From Thecamonas trahens ATCC 50062 (taxonomy: Eukaryota; Protista; Apusomonadida): a DNA stretch of 64,000 nt. Position 1 is the first letter of the stretch, and each line of letters starts with the position of its first letter. Below, in pieces: positions 1 to 10,259 of the stretch. The DNA lies in contig NW_013657679.1 of NCBI RefSeq assembly GCF_000142905.1, positions 250,657 through 314,656 on the forward strand, read 5' to 3'. The notes below the pieces were generated by a model that saw only the letters and a list, made by a program, of their open reading frames with translations, was not told the origin of the DNA and did not search any database. Made by a program: the position numbers and the translations under genes.

Positions 1-2161
1 GCTTGCGTCCGCGCAACGCCGCGTTTTCGGCCTCGAGAAACGCTGTTCGCGCCCGCAGCTCGGCAATGGTTTGAGCCTGCTCGGTCACGGTCTCAACTGC
101 ACCGTCAGCTTCGAGCTGGGCAAGCTTGTCGTGGAGGTGCTGGATGCTGTTGCGTGACGCCGCGGCAAACGATGCTGATTGTGCCAGCGCCTCGTTTTCA
201 GCACTGAGGGTGGCGACCTGAGCCTGGAGCTCAGCGAGCAGCGCGTTGCTGCCCGGCTGCCCGTGGCCCTGCATTGCTGCCTGTGTCGCCTCGAGCTGGG
301 CCGAGAGCACGTCGATCTGTGCATGCGCCAGCTCGAGCTGAGTCCGCAGTGCCGTCCACCGCTCCGGCCCACGCTCCAGCCGTTCAAGCAGCGCCGCCAC
401 GGTTGGTGCCTCGACCCAGCTCGCCTCATAGCGGACCAGCTGCGCCTCTGTCGCCGCCAGTTGCGCCTTTTGCCTCTCCAGCGCCACCACCCAGTCGTGG
501 CCGCGGAGCTGGGCAAGTTCGTGGTCGCGTGCCACTACTTCGGCCCGGGCGACCTTGACCTGCTGCTGCAACACTGCTACGTACTCGACCAGCTCAGAGT
601 TGTCGGCGGCCTGGATCCGCGTCGCGTGCTCCGCCACACCTGCTACCGTTTGCGTCGCCGCCTCGCGTCGCGGCAGCCGTTGGCCTCTCTGCTGGTTTCG
701 TGCCGGGACGACCGGCCGGTTGACCGACGGCTCTGCCAGCGAGTCGCTTGAGGTGTTGAGCGATTCGAAGTGGAGCGACTCAGAGTGGAGTGAAACAATG
801 TCAGGTATCGAGGTAAATGTGGGATGCCGGCCAAGCCCGTACACAGGCGCGCCGCTCTCGTCCATGGGCAAAGGCGAGTCGAGATACTCAGCTTCGCTTT
901 CAACGCTCACGATCCGGAATTCGTCGCCACTCGCCTCGGACGGCAGCAGTGCCAAGCCATCATCCGACGCTGCTGTCTCGCCGAGCTGGCACCTGTTCGG
1001 CGAAGACGAGGCTTCGGACGACGCCGCGGAAGAAGAAGAAGAAGAAGAAGACGACGACGGCGATGCCGTGAGTGAGCGGGTCGGCGATGGCTCCGGTGAA
1101 TCGCTTGAGCCCAGACTACTCGCGGCCTCATTGTTCGACACGAGGACGACTACGGCTTGAGATGGCTCGTACCTGGCTTTGTCGTCACCATCTGCTGACT
1201 TGGCCGCACTGCCTCTACTGGACCACTCGGGAGAGCTCGGACCGTGGACAATAGGGCCGAGCGGCTGGGAGTCACTCGAGTTGCAGGATTCTGCAGATAG
1301 CGAAGACGGTGTGGCGAGGGCGGCGAACGGATGGGTGGACAGCTGCGGCGCATTGCTCTCTGCAGCCATCGCAGCCGCCACCGCCGGCCGGAACACTTCA
1401 CGGAACGACGGCGGGGTGCCTCCCTCTGTGGCGACGGTCGGTGCGGCTGACTCTCCGGAGAGCTCGTGGTTCTCAGCACGTGCGCGATGGGCATCAGGCG
1501 CTGTGCGCGCGGGTGCGGCTGGTGTTGTTGAGGCAAAGTCGAAGAAGGCATCGGCAGCCTGCGGCGGCGGCGGCCGACGCGGCTGCGACGAGTCGCCAAG
1601 CTGTGCCCAGAACGCAACTGCCGGCGAGGTTGGTGGTAGGACGAGTGGCGGACGGGTCTTGGGTGAGACGCCAGCTGGCTCGGGATGCTGAGTCGCTGAT
1701 CGCTGCGCCCAGTACGACGAGCGCCTGCGCTCAAAGTCGGAGGCGTCAAAGAGCGGAGGGAGGAGCTCGCCGTCGGGCCCGCGCTGCGGGCGGGCGAAGA
1801 GATAGCAGTGCGGCTCGTAGCCGAAGCGTACAATGTCTCCGTCGCGAAGCTCGTATTCGGCAAAGTGGATGCGCTTGTCGTTGACAAAGGTACCGTTGCG
1901 CGAGCCGAGGTCCCGGACGAGCGCGCTCGCGCCCGCGCTGTTCGCGGATTCCACCACGATCTCAGCGTGCCTCGATGAGACTGAGCGCGACGCAAGGCTT
2001 ACATCTGCCGACGACGCCCGCCCGACTAGCGTCACGGTGCCGTGCAGCTCGTACACAATGTCGGCAGAGAGGAGGAAGGCTCGCGCCGTGGGGGCGGCCG
2101 CGCTGGTGGTGGCCCTGCTCGCCGCGCTCCTGGTGCTTGTGCTGTGGTTTGCGGCCCGCAT
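1..2161 (-). CDS. FHA-domain protein with Ser-rich linker and C-terminal coiled coil; runs off the left edge of the window
   Basis: ATG at 2161. The minus frame reads TLVGRASSADVSLASRSVSSRHAEI...VRDLGSRNGTFVN, carrying the FHA GR / SxxH / NGT motifs. It is absent from the ORF track, consistent with no stop before the window edge. Confidence 0.85.
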   Translation of the reverse strand, partial: MRAANHSTSTRSAASRATTSAAAPTARAFLLSADIVYELHGTVTLVGRASSADVSLASRSVSSRHAEIVVESANSAGASALVRDLGSRNGTFVNDKRIHFAEYELRDGDIVRFGYEPHCYLFARPQRGPDGELLPPLFDASDFERRRSSYWAQRSATQHPEPAGVSPKTRPPLVLPPTSPAVAFWAQLGDSSQPRRPPPPQAADAFFDFASTTPAAPARTAPDAHRARAENHELSGESAAPTVATEGGTPPSFREVFRPAVAAAMAAESNAPQLSTHPFAALATPSSLSAESCNSSDSQPLGPIVHGPSSPEWSSRGSAAKSADGDDKARYEPSQAVVVLVSNNEAASSLGSSDSPEPSPTRSLTASPSSSSSSSSSSAASSEASSSPNRCQLGETAASDDGLALLPSEASGDEFRIVSVESEAEYLDSPLPMDESGAPVYGLGRHPTFTSIPDIVSLHSESLHFESLNTSSDSLAEPSVNRPVVPARNQQRGQRLPRREAATQTVAGVAEHATRIQAADNSELVEYVAVLQQQVKVARAEVVARDHELAQLRGHDWVVALERQKAQLAATEAQLVRYEASWVEAPTVAALLERLERGPERWTALRTQLELAHAQIDVLSAQLEATQAAMQGHGQPGSNALLAELQAQVATLSAENEALAQSASFAAASRNSIQHLHDKLAQLEADGAVETVTEQAQTIAELRARTAFLEAENAALRGRK

Positions 2162-2476
2162 GCTCACCACCTCTTCAAGCGCCCGTTTCTGCCGCAATAG
2201 AATATACACGCGCTCTAGCGTGGAGGTCCCGAGACCAGAGTTTGCTGTTTGCGTCGGCCGCCGCCGTCGTCGTTGGCGCCGGACTCGGGGCGCAAGTTGG
2301 CACCGTTGCCCGCTCACTCGAACGCTGCGGGCAGCGAACGGGCGTGGCGCGAAAGTTTGAATGGGGCGAGATGCGCGGCGAGCCGGCAACCAACCCGCCA
2401 GCGGCGGCGGCATCGAATCAACGGCCAGGCGAGTGCTCGGCAGCACACTCCTCGTCGCGCCTGTCCTTCCGGCCTT

Positions 2477-4188
2477 ATGTCGCGGCCCGCTGTCGACGCA
2501 CATGGTGTGCCTGTTCCGTTTCCATCGGCGTCTGTGTCGCGGCGCCCGCTTCCGCATGCCTGCGAGCTGCCGCGGTGGGGTGGTGGGCGGCAGGCGTCGC
2601 GGCGTGGGCTTGCGGGTGCGGCGGCGGCCACGCCCGAGCCGTACATTGCCGAACAGAGCCTCCCACAGGTGGGTGAGCCGGAGGCTACCCATCCTTCCTC
2701 AGCCTCGCCGCTTGCTGTCCGCTCGCCGCACATCTATCCGCCGAGCGTCGAGGCCGGCGGTTCGCCAACCGTTGCCGCGCTCGGCGATGTGCTCGCCTCG
2801 CTCAAGCGCATTGTACCCGAGGGCGAGATCCTCGACTTTCTCTCGTCGCTCGCTGCCCGCGATGCCGCAGGCGCGTCGGCCCGTGCTGAAGTCGAAAAGC
2901 AGGAGGCATTCTCAGCCCGTGCCAAGGCGCTTGTGGCCGAGCGCGCCGAGCTGGAGGCAGCGATGGCGGCGTCGCCGCCGGGGTCGGCTCGGGCTTCAGC
3001 CCCGGGCCCAGCCCCAATTGCAGACACAGGCGCTGAGGATGCGAGCGAAAGCAGGCATGCATCAGACTGGAACGAACTTGCAGAGACCCGACTGGCGAGT
3101 CAGCAGGTCGAGCTCGAGGCGCAGCAGAAGCGGCTTGAACTGCTCCGTGCGCCTCTCACGCCCAATCGTGTAGGTGAGAGTGCTAGTGATGGAGACGGCA
3201 AACATTCGTTGACCTCTTCGGAAGATCCGCTGGCCTCGCCTCGCGATCTCTCGTTTACGCGGACCATCGAGTCCCTTGTCTCTGAGGCCCAGGCCCAGGA
3301 GGAGGCTCTGGACAGCGTGTCTGGCCCGCCGTTGGCTGACGGCGTGTTCTCGCTTCGGGCTCCGTCGGCGGCTATGGTCCAAGCTGTTGTGGCGCAGTAC
3401 GATGAGGAGACGAGCGGATGCACGAGCATCAGCGATGGCGAGGCTGCGGCCGAGGGAGCGTGCGGCAAGGCTGGACGCGACGCATCGATGATGCGGGTCG
3501 ACTTGAGCTTGGCGGTAGCGGCAGAGCCGGACTTTCTGGAGCGGACTCGGCCGCGGCAGGCTGCCCCCACGTTCACCCTCATCTGGACACGACCCAGCTC
3601 CTCGACGAGCCGCTCAACACGCCGCCGCGGCGTGCGCGTCGGCGGCGCAAGATGCAGCCCGGGGGAAGCTCTACAGGCGGGTCGGCGGGCGCAGGTGCGA
3701 GCACGCATGAGGCAGCAGCATCGCCACCGCCTGCGCCGGGGGCCAACCTCATCCACACCATCGCGTACTACACCGGGCGCGGTGGGACCGAGGCGCTGCA
3801 CGCGTCGCGGCAGTCGTTTGGCATCGGGGCGTGGAAGTCGTCGGTGACCGCAGGACGGGTGGCGTATGTTGTTCTCCAGCTCCGGGAAGGGTGCTACGGG
3901 CGGCGGGCCAAGGTGCGGAAGATCATGGTCGGCGCAGTGCCGGCCGGCACTCGCGGCGTGCCCAAGACCGGGCGCATCACGACCGGCAATGACTACTCGC
4001 AGCTCGCCGACTGGCCGGCGCTCCCGCGCAAGTGGCACATGCACGTCCCAGCCTCACTCCCTGCCCCGGAGCAGGTTGTCATGCTCGACGCGCGCAAGCT
4101 CTCGCGGTACATCTGCATCTCGTTTGCGTCGACTCATGACCGCGGTGGCGTCGTCGCCCTCGCCTCGCTCTCGGTCACGGCGCTGTAA
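2477..4188 (+). CDS. Hypothetical protein: low-complexity/coiled-coil N-terminus and C-terminal galactose-binding-like (DOC/F5-8-like) beta-sandwich; -1 frame break near 3580
   Basis: ORFs 2249..3847 and 3418..4188 overlap in different frames. Joining near 3580 gives PTFTL-x-LDTTQLLDEPL. The C-terminus (VVLQL..KVRKIMV..SRYICISFASTH..VALASLSV) has a jelly-roll pattern. Confidence 0.5.
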
Positions 4189-4272
4189 TCTGGTCCCGCA
4201 CTCTTCTGCAGTAACACAGTTTATGGCAAGGCAGCATGTACTCGGGGGGAGGCAAGGTCGTGAACCTTTGAC

Positions 4273-4808
4273 CTACTGGCCACCACGGAGCGCAAGAACC
4301 AGGTGGATGACCGAGCCGGCCTCGAGGCCGTACTCGCTGAGCGGCGAGTCAGACGACATCTGCTTGCCCGAAAAGATGAGCCGCTGCTGCTCAGGCGGAA
4401 TGCCCTCCTTCTCCTCCACCTGCTCCTTGACGTGCTGGATAAGGTCGTCCTTCTCCACGTTGAGCTCGATCTGCTTGCCCGTCAGCGTCTGTGTCGTCGA
4501 CAACGAATGGAATTCCAGCCCCCAACCCCCCCAGCCGACCAACCCACCCCACCAGTCCCCCCCCGCCAGCCCAGGAACAGATACAGCTGTGAGTCTTTGC
4601 CGCCCCCCCCCCCCCCCCCTCCCCCCCCCTCTCTGCCTGGCCTTGCCTTAGCCTCGCCACGGCGGCTGGCGAGCGGCCTTGTGTGGGGCCAGGAGCCCTC
4701 GCATCGCGACCTGCACCTTCCACCCAGCCCCACACGTGGCCATCCCTTCCTCGTTGACCTCAACCTCGACCATCGCACTCGGTAGCGTACCTGGACCTTG
4801 ATCTTCAT
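4273..4808 (-). CDS. NEDD8: NEDD8/Rub1 ubiquitin-like modifier; exons 4808-4791 and 4488-4273
   Basis: Spliced product MKIKVQ|TLTGKQIELNVEKDDLIQHVKEQVEEKEGIPPEQQRLIFSGKQM...IHLVLALRGGQ. ALRGG (rather than RLRGG) and VEEKEGIPP distinguish NEDD8 from ubiquitin. Intron is GTACG...CAG. Confidence 0.95.
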
Positions 4809-5308
4809 GCTCGAATGATGCGCGAGTGAGGTATGGTTGTGGTGGTCGAGGTCGGAGACGGCGAGTGTGAGGGGCGGCGAGATCGAGTGGTGCAAGGTCA
4901 ACGAAGTTGGGAGGCAGCTCGGCAGTAGCTCAGAGTGCCCACGGGGAGCTGAGGTCACTTGCTGTGCGGGGGCACCTTGGCATGTGGTTGGTCGTTGGCA
5001 GAGGTTGGGCCTTTGTCTCCCGACACACCAGCATGACTACAGCATGTGGACTACTACGAGATGATGCTACGGATGGCGGGGCGCCATTGATCGATTGTTC
5101 GCGTCTTGCCATGGCCATCAAGGGCGACGGTCACGTGCCTGGTATCGACTGCCGCCGCACATGACAATCGTGAGGCGAGAAGCAAGGCACACCCGGGCAC
5201 GGGACCACGGGACGGCATAGCACACCGCACCCACCACCACTCCACCACACTCCCTCACCCCCAAGCTACTCTCACGAACCCCTTTGTCAAGGCAGAGAGA
5301 GCGAGAAC

Positions 5309-7963
5309 ATGGCTGGTGTGGGCGACGCATACGTATGGTTTGTGACCAAGGCGCGGTACGGGATCATCCTATTCTGGCTGGCTGCCCTCGGGGTGGGCAT
5401 TGTGTACGGCCCGCAGTACCTCAACTACACGTCGGGGCACTTTAAGCCTCCGCCGGGGACGCAGGCGTACACATCGTCACAGGCGTACGAGACGCTCTTC
5501 CCCGCGGCGCAGAACAAGGGCACGCTCATTGTCATGGTCTCGTCCTCCGACGAAGCGGTCCGTGTCGACACCTCGCCGTGGGTCAAGACCTTTACGGTGG
5601 AGCTCGCTGAGGCGATCGAGCAGTACTCTGCGAGCCACTCGGGCGACGGCAAGTTTGTGCACTCGATTGCCGGGTTCTGGCTGTTAGTGGGCGGCAATTA
5701 CACCGGGCTGGCGGAGCAGTACGTGTCGCCGTCAGGCGAGTCGACCATCATCTCGATCTCGTATGCGACGAACCTGGACAAGCGGGTGGTGCCAGACTTT
5801 ATCGACTTTCTGGAGACGGCAAGCGGACACGCGGCTGTGACGGCGTCTGCTGCTGTTGGACATGGAGCGTTCTCGTATGGGGTGACCGGACAAGACGCAC
5901 TGTGGAAGGCTGGCGAGAAGGCGACGAAGCAGTCGCTGGCACGGATGGACACGGTTGCGCTCCCGCTGGCGCTTTTTATTCTTGCGTCGTACCTGCGGTC
6001 GATCCGGATCATGATTATTCCGCTCATTGCCCTTGGCACATCCATGATGACGGGCTTTATGATCATGTACCCTGTAGCGCGGTACAAGTGGACGGTTGCG
6101 CAGGTTGCGCCGAACATCCAGGGCTCGCTCGCGCTTGCGCTCTCGATCGACTACTCGCTCTTTCTGCTCACGCGGTTCAAGGAGGAGATTCTTGTGCAAG
6201 GCAAGGACCCTGTGGATGCTATTTCTGTCATGTGCCGGACGGCGTCGCGGGTGGTGCTTGTCTCTGGCTCAACGCTCACCATTGCCTTTCTTGGACTCGC
6301 CTTCTTTCCGCTTGCCTTTCTGCAGTCGATCGGCATTGGGGCAGCGGTCACGCTCTTCTGCACCATTTCTGTCAACCTCACCCTCACGCCTGCGATCCTG
6401 CTCACGTTTCCTAACTTTTTCGGCCAGTTTGGTGTCTACGACTTTATTCTGGTGTGGTGGGCGCGAATGCGCGGGCAGGCACCGCGGTCGGTTGCTGCCT
6501 CGCCAGAGACACGGCCACTGCTGATGTCGGATCCCGAGTACTCGCGATCGATCCAGGGGACGGCAACAACGCCGGTTAATGGCGAGCCCGGGCTGTTTGC
6601 AGTCAACGCGGCGGCGATCGGGTCGGATCCCCTCGTCGCGGGCGAGAAAGTGAGCAAGAGCAAGCTGGTCATCGAAGATCCGATTGCGTTCAAGGAGGGC
6701 GCGTCACGGATGCTCTGGTTCTCGTCGTCCAAGTACACGGCGCGGACGCTGTCTGCGGCGATCATCATTGTCGTTGTCGTTGCGGTCCTCGTCCCGTTTG
6801 CGGTTCAGGTCAAGGATCTGCACATCACGGCCGACTCGACTCAAGTCTTCCCGCGTGACGCGCCGGCGCTCAAGCTCTTCCATGCCTTCCAGACCCTCTT
6901 CCCGCCGGGCCTCATCTCGCCGTACCACGTTCTGGCGGTGCCGCCGGCGCACTTTGGCTCGGTCCTCACGCCGCAGTACTTTAACTTTACAGCGACGCTC
7001 ACGCAAGTCCTCACCAAGGCTGTCCCGCTCAAGGACCTCACCTCGCTCACGATGGTCAACGGCGTGGAGGTCTCGCTCCCCGAGGCCGCGGCGTACCTCT
7101 CGTACAAGGGTCCCGGCGGGCCGGGCGCATCGGACTTTGCCAAGCGCGCGTACGTGTACCAGGCCAACTTTGGCTCGCTCGTCAACAGCGCGCACTCGGC
7201 CGCGACGGTCAAGGTCCTCACGCCGTTTGACCCACTCGGCGAGGAGGCCAAGCCGTGGCTCTCCTCGGTCCGCGCGCTCCTCGCCTCCTCGCACGAGCTC
7301 GACTCGTACCGCGGGACCCAGTACTCTGCCCTCTACGTGCTGGGTGGCAACACGGTGGTCATCGACACCATGGATCGCATCTTCAAGCTCTTTCCGTACG
7401 TGGCGCTTGCGACAGCCGTCGTCATTTTTGCCATTGTCGCCATCCTCTACCGCTCACTCGTCGTCCCGGTCCGCCTCCTCTTTACCATTGCGCTGCCCAT
7501 CGGGGCGACGCTCGGCCTGGCGGTCATGATTTTCCAAAAGGGAAACTTTGACAAGCTCGCCGAGTCGGTTCTCTCGCAGTCCAAGGGCATCTACTGGCTT
7601 GTCCCAGTCATGTCCATTCCCATCTGCATGGGCCTCATGCTCGACTACCAGATTTTCATCCTCTCGCGCATTGCCGAGCTCCGCCGTGCTGGCTTTGACC
7701 ACTACTCCTCGGTCCGCCTTGGCGTTTCGTCGGCCGGCACTGTCGTCTCGGTTGCCGGTGTCATCATGGCTGTCGCCTTTGGCTCGCTCCTCATTGCCGA
7801 GGAGCTCCTCCTCATGTGCCTCGGCTTTATTCTGTGCTTTGCTGTTCTCCTCGACACCCTCCTCATCCGGCCCGTCATCGTCCCCGCTGCCGTCTGGCTC
7901 TCAGGCGACATCAACTGGTGGCCGTCGCGCATGCCCGAGCCGCATGTTGTCATCCCGTGGTAG
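5309..7963 (+). CDS. MMPL-family (RND superfamily) multi-pass transporter, 884 aa
   Basis: Two pseudo-repeat halves, each with a soluble domain plus TM bundle. Motifs LALSIDYSLFLLTRFKEE, SGSTL, GLMLDYQIFILSRIAE and AVLLDTLLIRPVIVPA..GDINWWPS are typical of MMPL proteins. Confidence 0.92.
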   Translation: MAGVGDAYVWFVTKARYGIILFWLAALGVGIVYGPQYLNYTSGHFKPPPGTQAYTSSQAYETLFPAAQNKGTLIVMVSSSDEAVRVDTSPWVKTFTVELAEAIEQYSASHSGDGKFVHSIAGFWLLVGGNYTGLAEQYVSPSGESTIISISYATNLDKRVVPDFIDFLETASGHAAVTASAAVGHGAFSYGVTGQDALWKAGEKATKQSLARMDTVALPLALFILASYLRSIRIMIIPLIALGTSMMTGFMIMYPVARYKWTVAQVAPNIQGSLALALSIDYSLFLLTRFKEEILVQGKDPVDAISVMCRTASRVVLVSGSTLTIAFLGLAFFPLAFLQSIGIGAAVTLFCTISVNLTLTPAILLTFPNFFGQFGVYDFILVWWARMRGQAPRSVAASPETRPLLMSDPEYSRSIQGTATTPVNGEPGLFAVNAAAIGSDPLVAGEKVSKSKLVIEDPIAFKEGASRMLWFSSSKYTARTLSAAIIIVVVVAVLVPFAVQVKDLHITADSTQVFPRDAPALKLFHAFQTLFPPGLISPYHVLAVPPAHFGSVLTPQYFNFTATLTQVLTKAVPLKDLTSLTMVNGVEVSLPEAAAYLSYKGPGGPGASDFAKRAYVYQANFGSLVNSAHSAATVKVLTPFDPLGEEAKPWLSSVRALLASSHELDSYRGTQYSALYVLGGNTVVIDTMDRIFKLFPYVALATAVVIFAIVAILYRSLVVPVRLLFTIALPIGATLGLAVMIFQKGNFDKLAESVLSQSKGIYWLVPVMSIPICMGLMLDYQIFILSRIAELRRAGFDHYSSVRLGVSSAGTVVSVAGVIMAVAFGSLLIAEELLLMCLGFILCFAVLLDTLLIRPVIVPAAVWLSGDINWWPSRMPEPHVVIPW

Positions 7964-8508
7964 ATGCTGATGTAGTAACACAGGTTTGCTGGCCTGCGGT
8001 GGTCCAACTAGGGTGGTGTGGGCTACGCTGCGCAGCCGGGGCCTTTCGCGCAAATGACATGCGCGAGGGGCTCGAAAGTTTCGAGGCGTACCTCGCAAGC
8101 TATGCATCGTAGAGAGGCCAACGTTGATGTATGTGGTCGACGAGATATCAAGGAAAGATGTTGAAGGAGAGTTGGTGTTGCTGGTGATGGTGAACGGGAG
8201 AAAAAGCGATTTGCCCGAGCACAGATCGGGATGAGGAACGAGTCGCGAAATGGCAAAAATAAAAAAAAACACACATGAGAAGGTCTCAAAATAGCAAAAA
8301 TATTATTTTAATATAAATTGACATACATTACAAGGCATAATCACAAAAAACGACACACACATTATATAATATAAATATTACATATTTGGTTTTATATAAC
8401 TATATAGCTGGTGCATCAAAGAGCAAAAATATGCCTCCCGTGTCGGACCGCTCAGCGCACTGCCCTCTTTCTCCTCCCCCCTCCCCACCACTCCTCTCCC
8501 CCACAGTC

Positions 8509-9567
8509 ATGGCATCCGCCTCAACGCCCCGCAGGACCATACCCAATGCCCACCCACCACCTACGCTCGCGTTCCTCCCGCCTGAGCTCCTCCACCGCAT
8601 TGCCTACTCTGCGGACAACATCCACTCGGCGCGGGATGTGGTTTCGCTCGCGCGCTCGTGCAAGTCGATTCACGCGGCGCTACTCGGCACGCCATGGGCG
8701 CGGACAAAAGCTCATGCCCACGCTGGCATTCGGACCTGCCTTTCGCTCAAGCTCTGGGCCGGGGCGACACGCTTGGTGGCACGGGCGGCGGCAGCGGGCG
8801 CGCCGCCAATCGTCAGCGGAATGGACGTCAAGATCGCGTTTGGCGCACCGCGCTGCGCCGAGTGGCGAGCGTTTGTGCTCGCACTGGGCCGTGCTGGCGT
8901 CTCGTCGCCATACCTCGGCCTACCGTCGTGGCTTGGCGAGCTACTCCGCATCGTGTACTCGGATGTGCGCGGCTTTCTCTTTCCGCTTCCAATCGCAGTC
9001 TGGGCTGCGGTCCGTGGCGAGGCGGCGATTGCAGCCGAGCTCGCGCCCGGCGTCACTGGTCATGATGCTGATGCCTTGCTGATTGCAGCCGCCTATGTTG
9101 GTGACAGGGCGCTTGTTGCGACAGTCACTTTGAGCTGTTCCGGGCTTGACGTGGAGCGCGCGTCGAGCCTGGCGCTTGTGGCGGCCGCCGGCGTGGGCGC
9201 GCTTGATCTTGTCGACGAGCTGTTGACGAACGCCCATGTTGATCCGACGGTGAACAATCAGGCTGCAGTCATTGCTGCTGCAAGACACGGCCATCCCGAC
9301 GTACTCACCCGTCTTCTTGCCGACATGCGTGTCGATCCCAGCGCGCGCGACTCGGAGGCGCTCTTTATCGCTGCAGCCTACAACAAGATCGACGCGGTTG
9401 CTCTGCTCGTTGCCGATGGCCGCGCAAATCCATGCACCCGCAATTGCGCCGTTATCCGCAAGGCTGCTGTCGACGGCCGGACGGCGGTCGTCCAGCTCTT
9501 GCTCGACTCTGGCCGCATTCCGCCTGATGTTGCGGCTGAGCTCTCCGGCGCGGCAGGCAACGAGTAG
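8509..9567 (+). CDS. F-box-like plus ankyrin repeat protein
   Basis: N-terminal LAFLPPELLHRIA..DVVSLARSCKSIH is F-box-like. C-terminal repeats (VDPTVNNQAAVIAAARHGHPDVLTRLLAD-RVDPSARDSEALFIAA..) are ankyrin-type. Confidence 0.8.
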   Translation: MASASTPRRTIPNAHPPPTLAFLPPELLHRIAYSADNIHSARDVVSLARSCKSIHAALLGTPWARTKAHAHAGIRTCLSLKLWAGATRLVARAAAAGAPPIVSGMDVKIAFGAPRCAEWRAFVLALGRAGVSSPYLGLPSWLGELLRIVYSDVRGFLFPLPIAVWAAVRGEAAIAAELAPGVTGHDADALLIAAAYVGDRALVATVTLSCSGLDVERASSLALVAAAGVGALDLVDELLTNAHVDPTVNNQAAVIAAARHGHPDVLTRLLADMRVDPSARDSEALFIAAAYNKIDAVALLVADGRANPCTRNCAVIRKAAVDGRTAVVQLLLDSGRIPPDVAAELSGAAGNE

Positions 9568-9581
9568 CATGACTCCACTCT

Positions 9582-10216
9582 TTACTTTGGATCCCCGGCC
9601 GGCACATAGATCGAGATGTTGTCACCAGTTGCGCCCCACGACCGCCACGACGTCAAGTAAATGGCCAGCCAGACAAAGAACGCCGACATGTACACCACAC
9701 TGCCTACTGCCGAGTACATCACATCTAAACTCCGCAGCAGTCCGCCACCACACCAATACCCATTCGTGAGCCACCATCTATCCTCCCCACCCCCTCCTCT
9801 CTCTTCCTCTTCCTCGCCACTTCTAACGTACATCTCTTGATCTTGGGGTGTCCGCGCGGATGACGCAGCTCCTCCCAAAAGTAGGCAATGTTCACCTGTG
9901 GATTCACGCGCACCACGCGTACCACGCGCACCATGCCCCACCACGTCCCGCGCCCCACCGCGTCCGCGCCACGCCCGCCATAGCCACAGCCAAGCCCAAA
10001 CATGCCCCTCTCACACACTATGAGTCCCTGTCCTCCCCCTCCCTCCCTCCTCCCCCCGCCTCCCCCCTCCCTCCTCCCCCCCCCCCTTCCCCACCCCCCT
10101 CACACCGACCGACCACCTACCATCCATGCCAAAGGCATGAAACACAGCCCAGCAATAAAGTACTTGCGACAGACAGCAACTCGCTGGTCCACAGTCAGCG
10201 ACGGGCGCTGGAACAT
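9582..10216 (-). CDS. PSENEN: Gamma-secretase subunit PEN-2; exons 10216-10121, 9895-9832, 9724-9582 (100 aa)
   Basis: Spliced product MFQRPSLTVDQRVAVCRKYFIAGLCFMPLAWM|VNIAYFWEELRHPRGHPKIKR(Y)VMYSAVG...WGATGDNISIYVPAGDPK aligns with PEN-2 motifs CRKYY.GG, W.VN, SAVG and WGA.GD.LSF..P.G. Both introns are GT-AG and exon length totals 303 nt. Confidence 0.93.
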
Positions 10217-10259
10217 GGCTCCGAGTCGGGTGCTCCCCTCCCGCTCGCGTGTTGCCCCA

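Noticed and set aside
4273-4542. Call as ubiquitin
   Set aside because: ALRGG terminus and overall residues match NEDD8/Rub1, not ubiquitin.
7964-8290. Short ORFs between the MMPL and ankyrin genes
   Set aside because: No motifs, atypical codon usage and mostly non-ATG starts.
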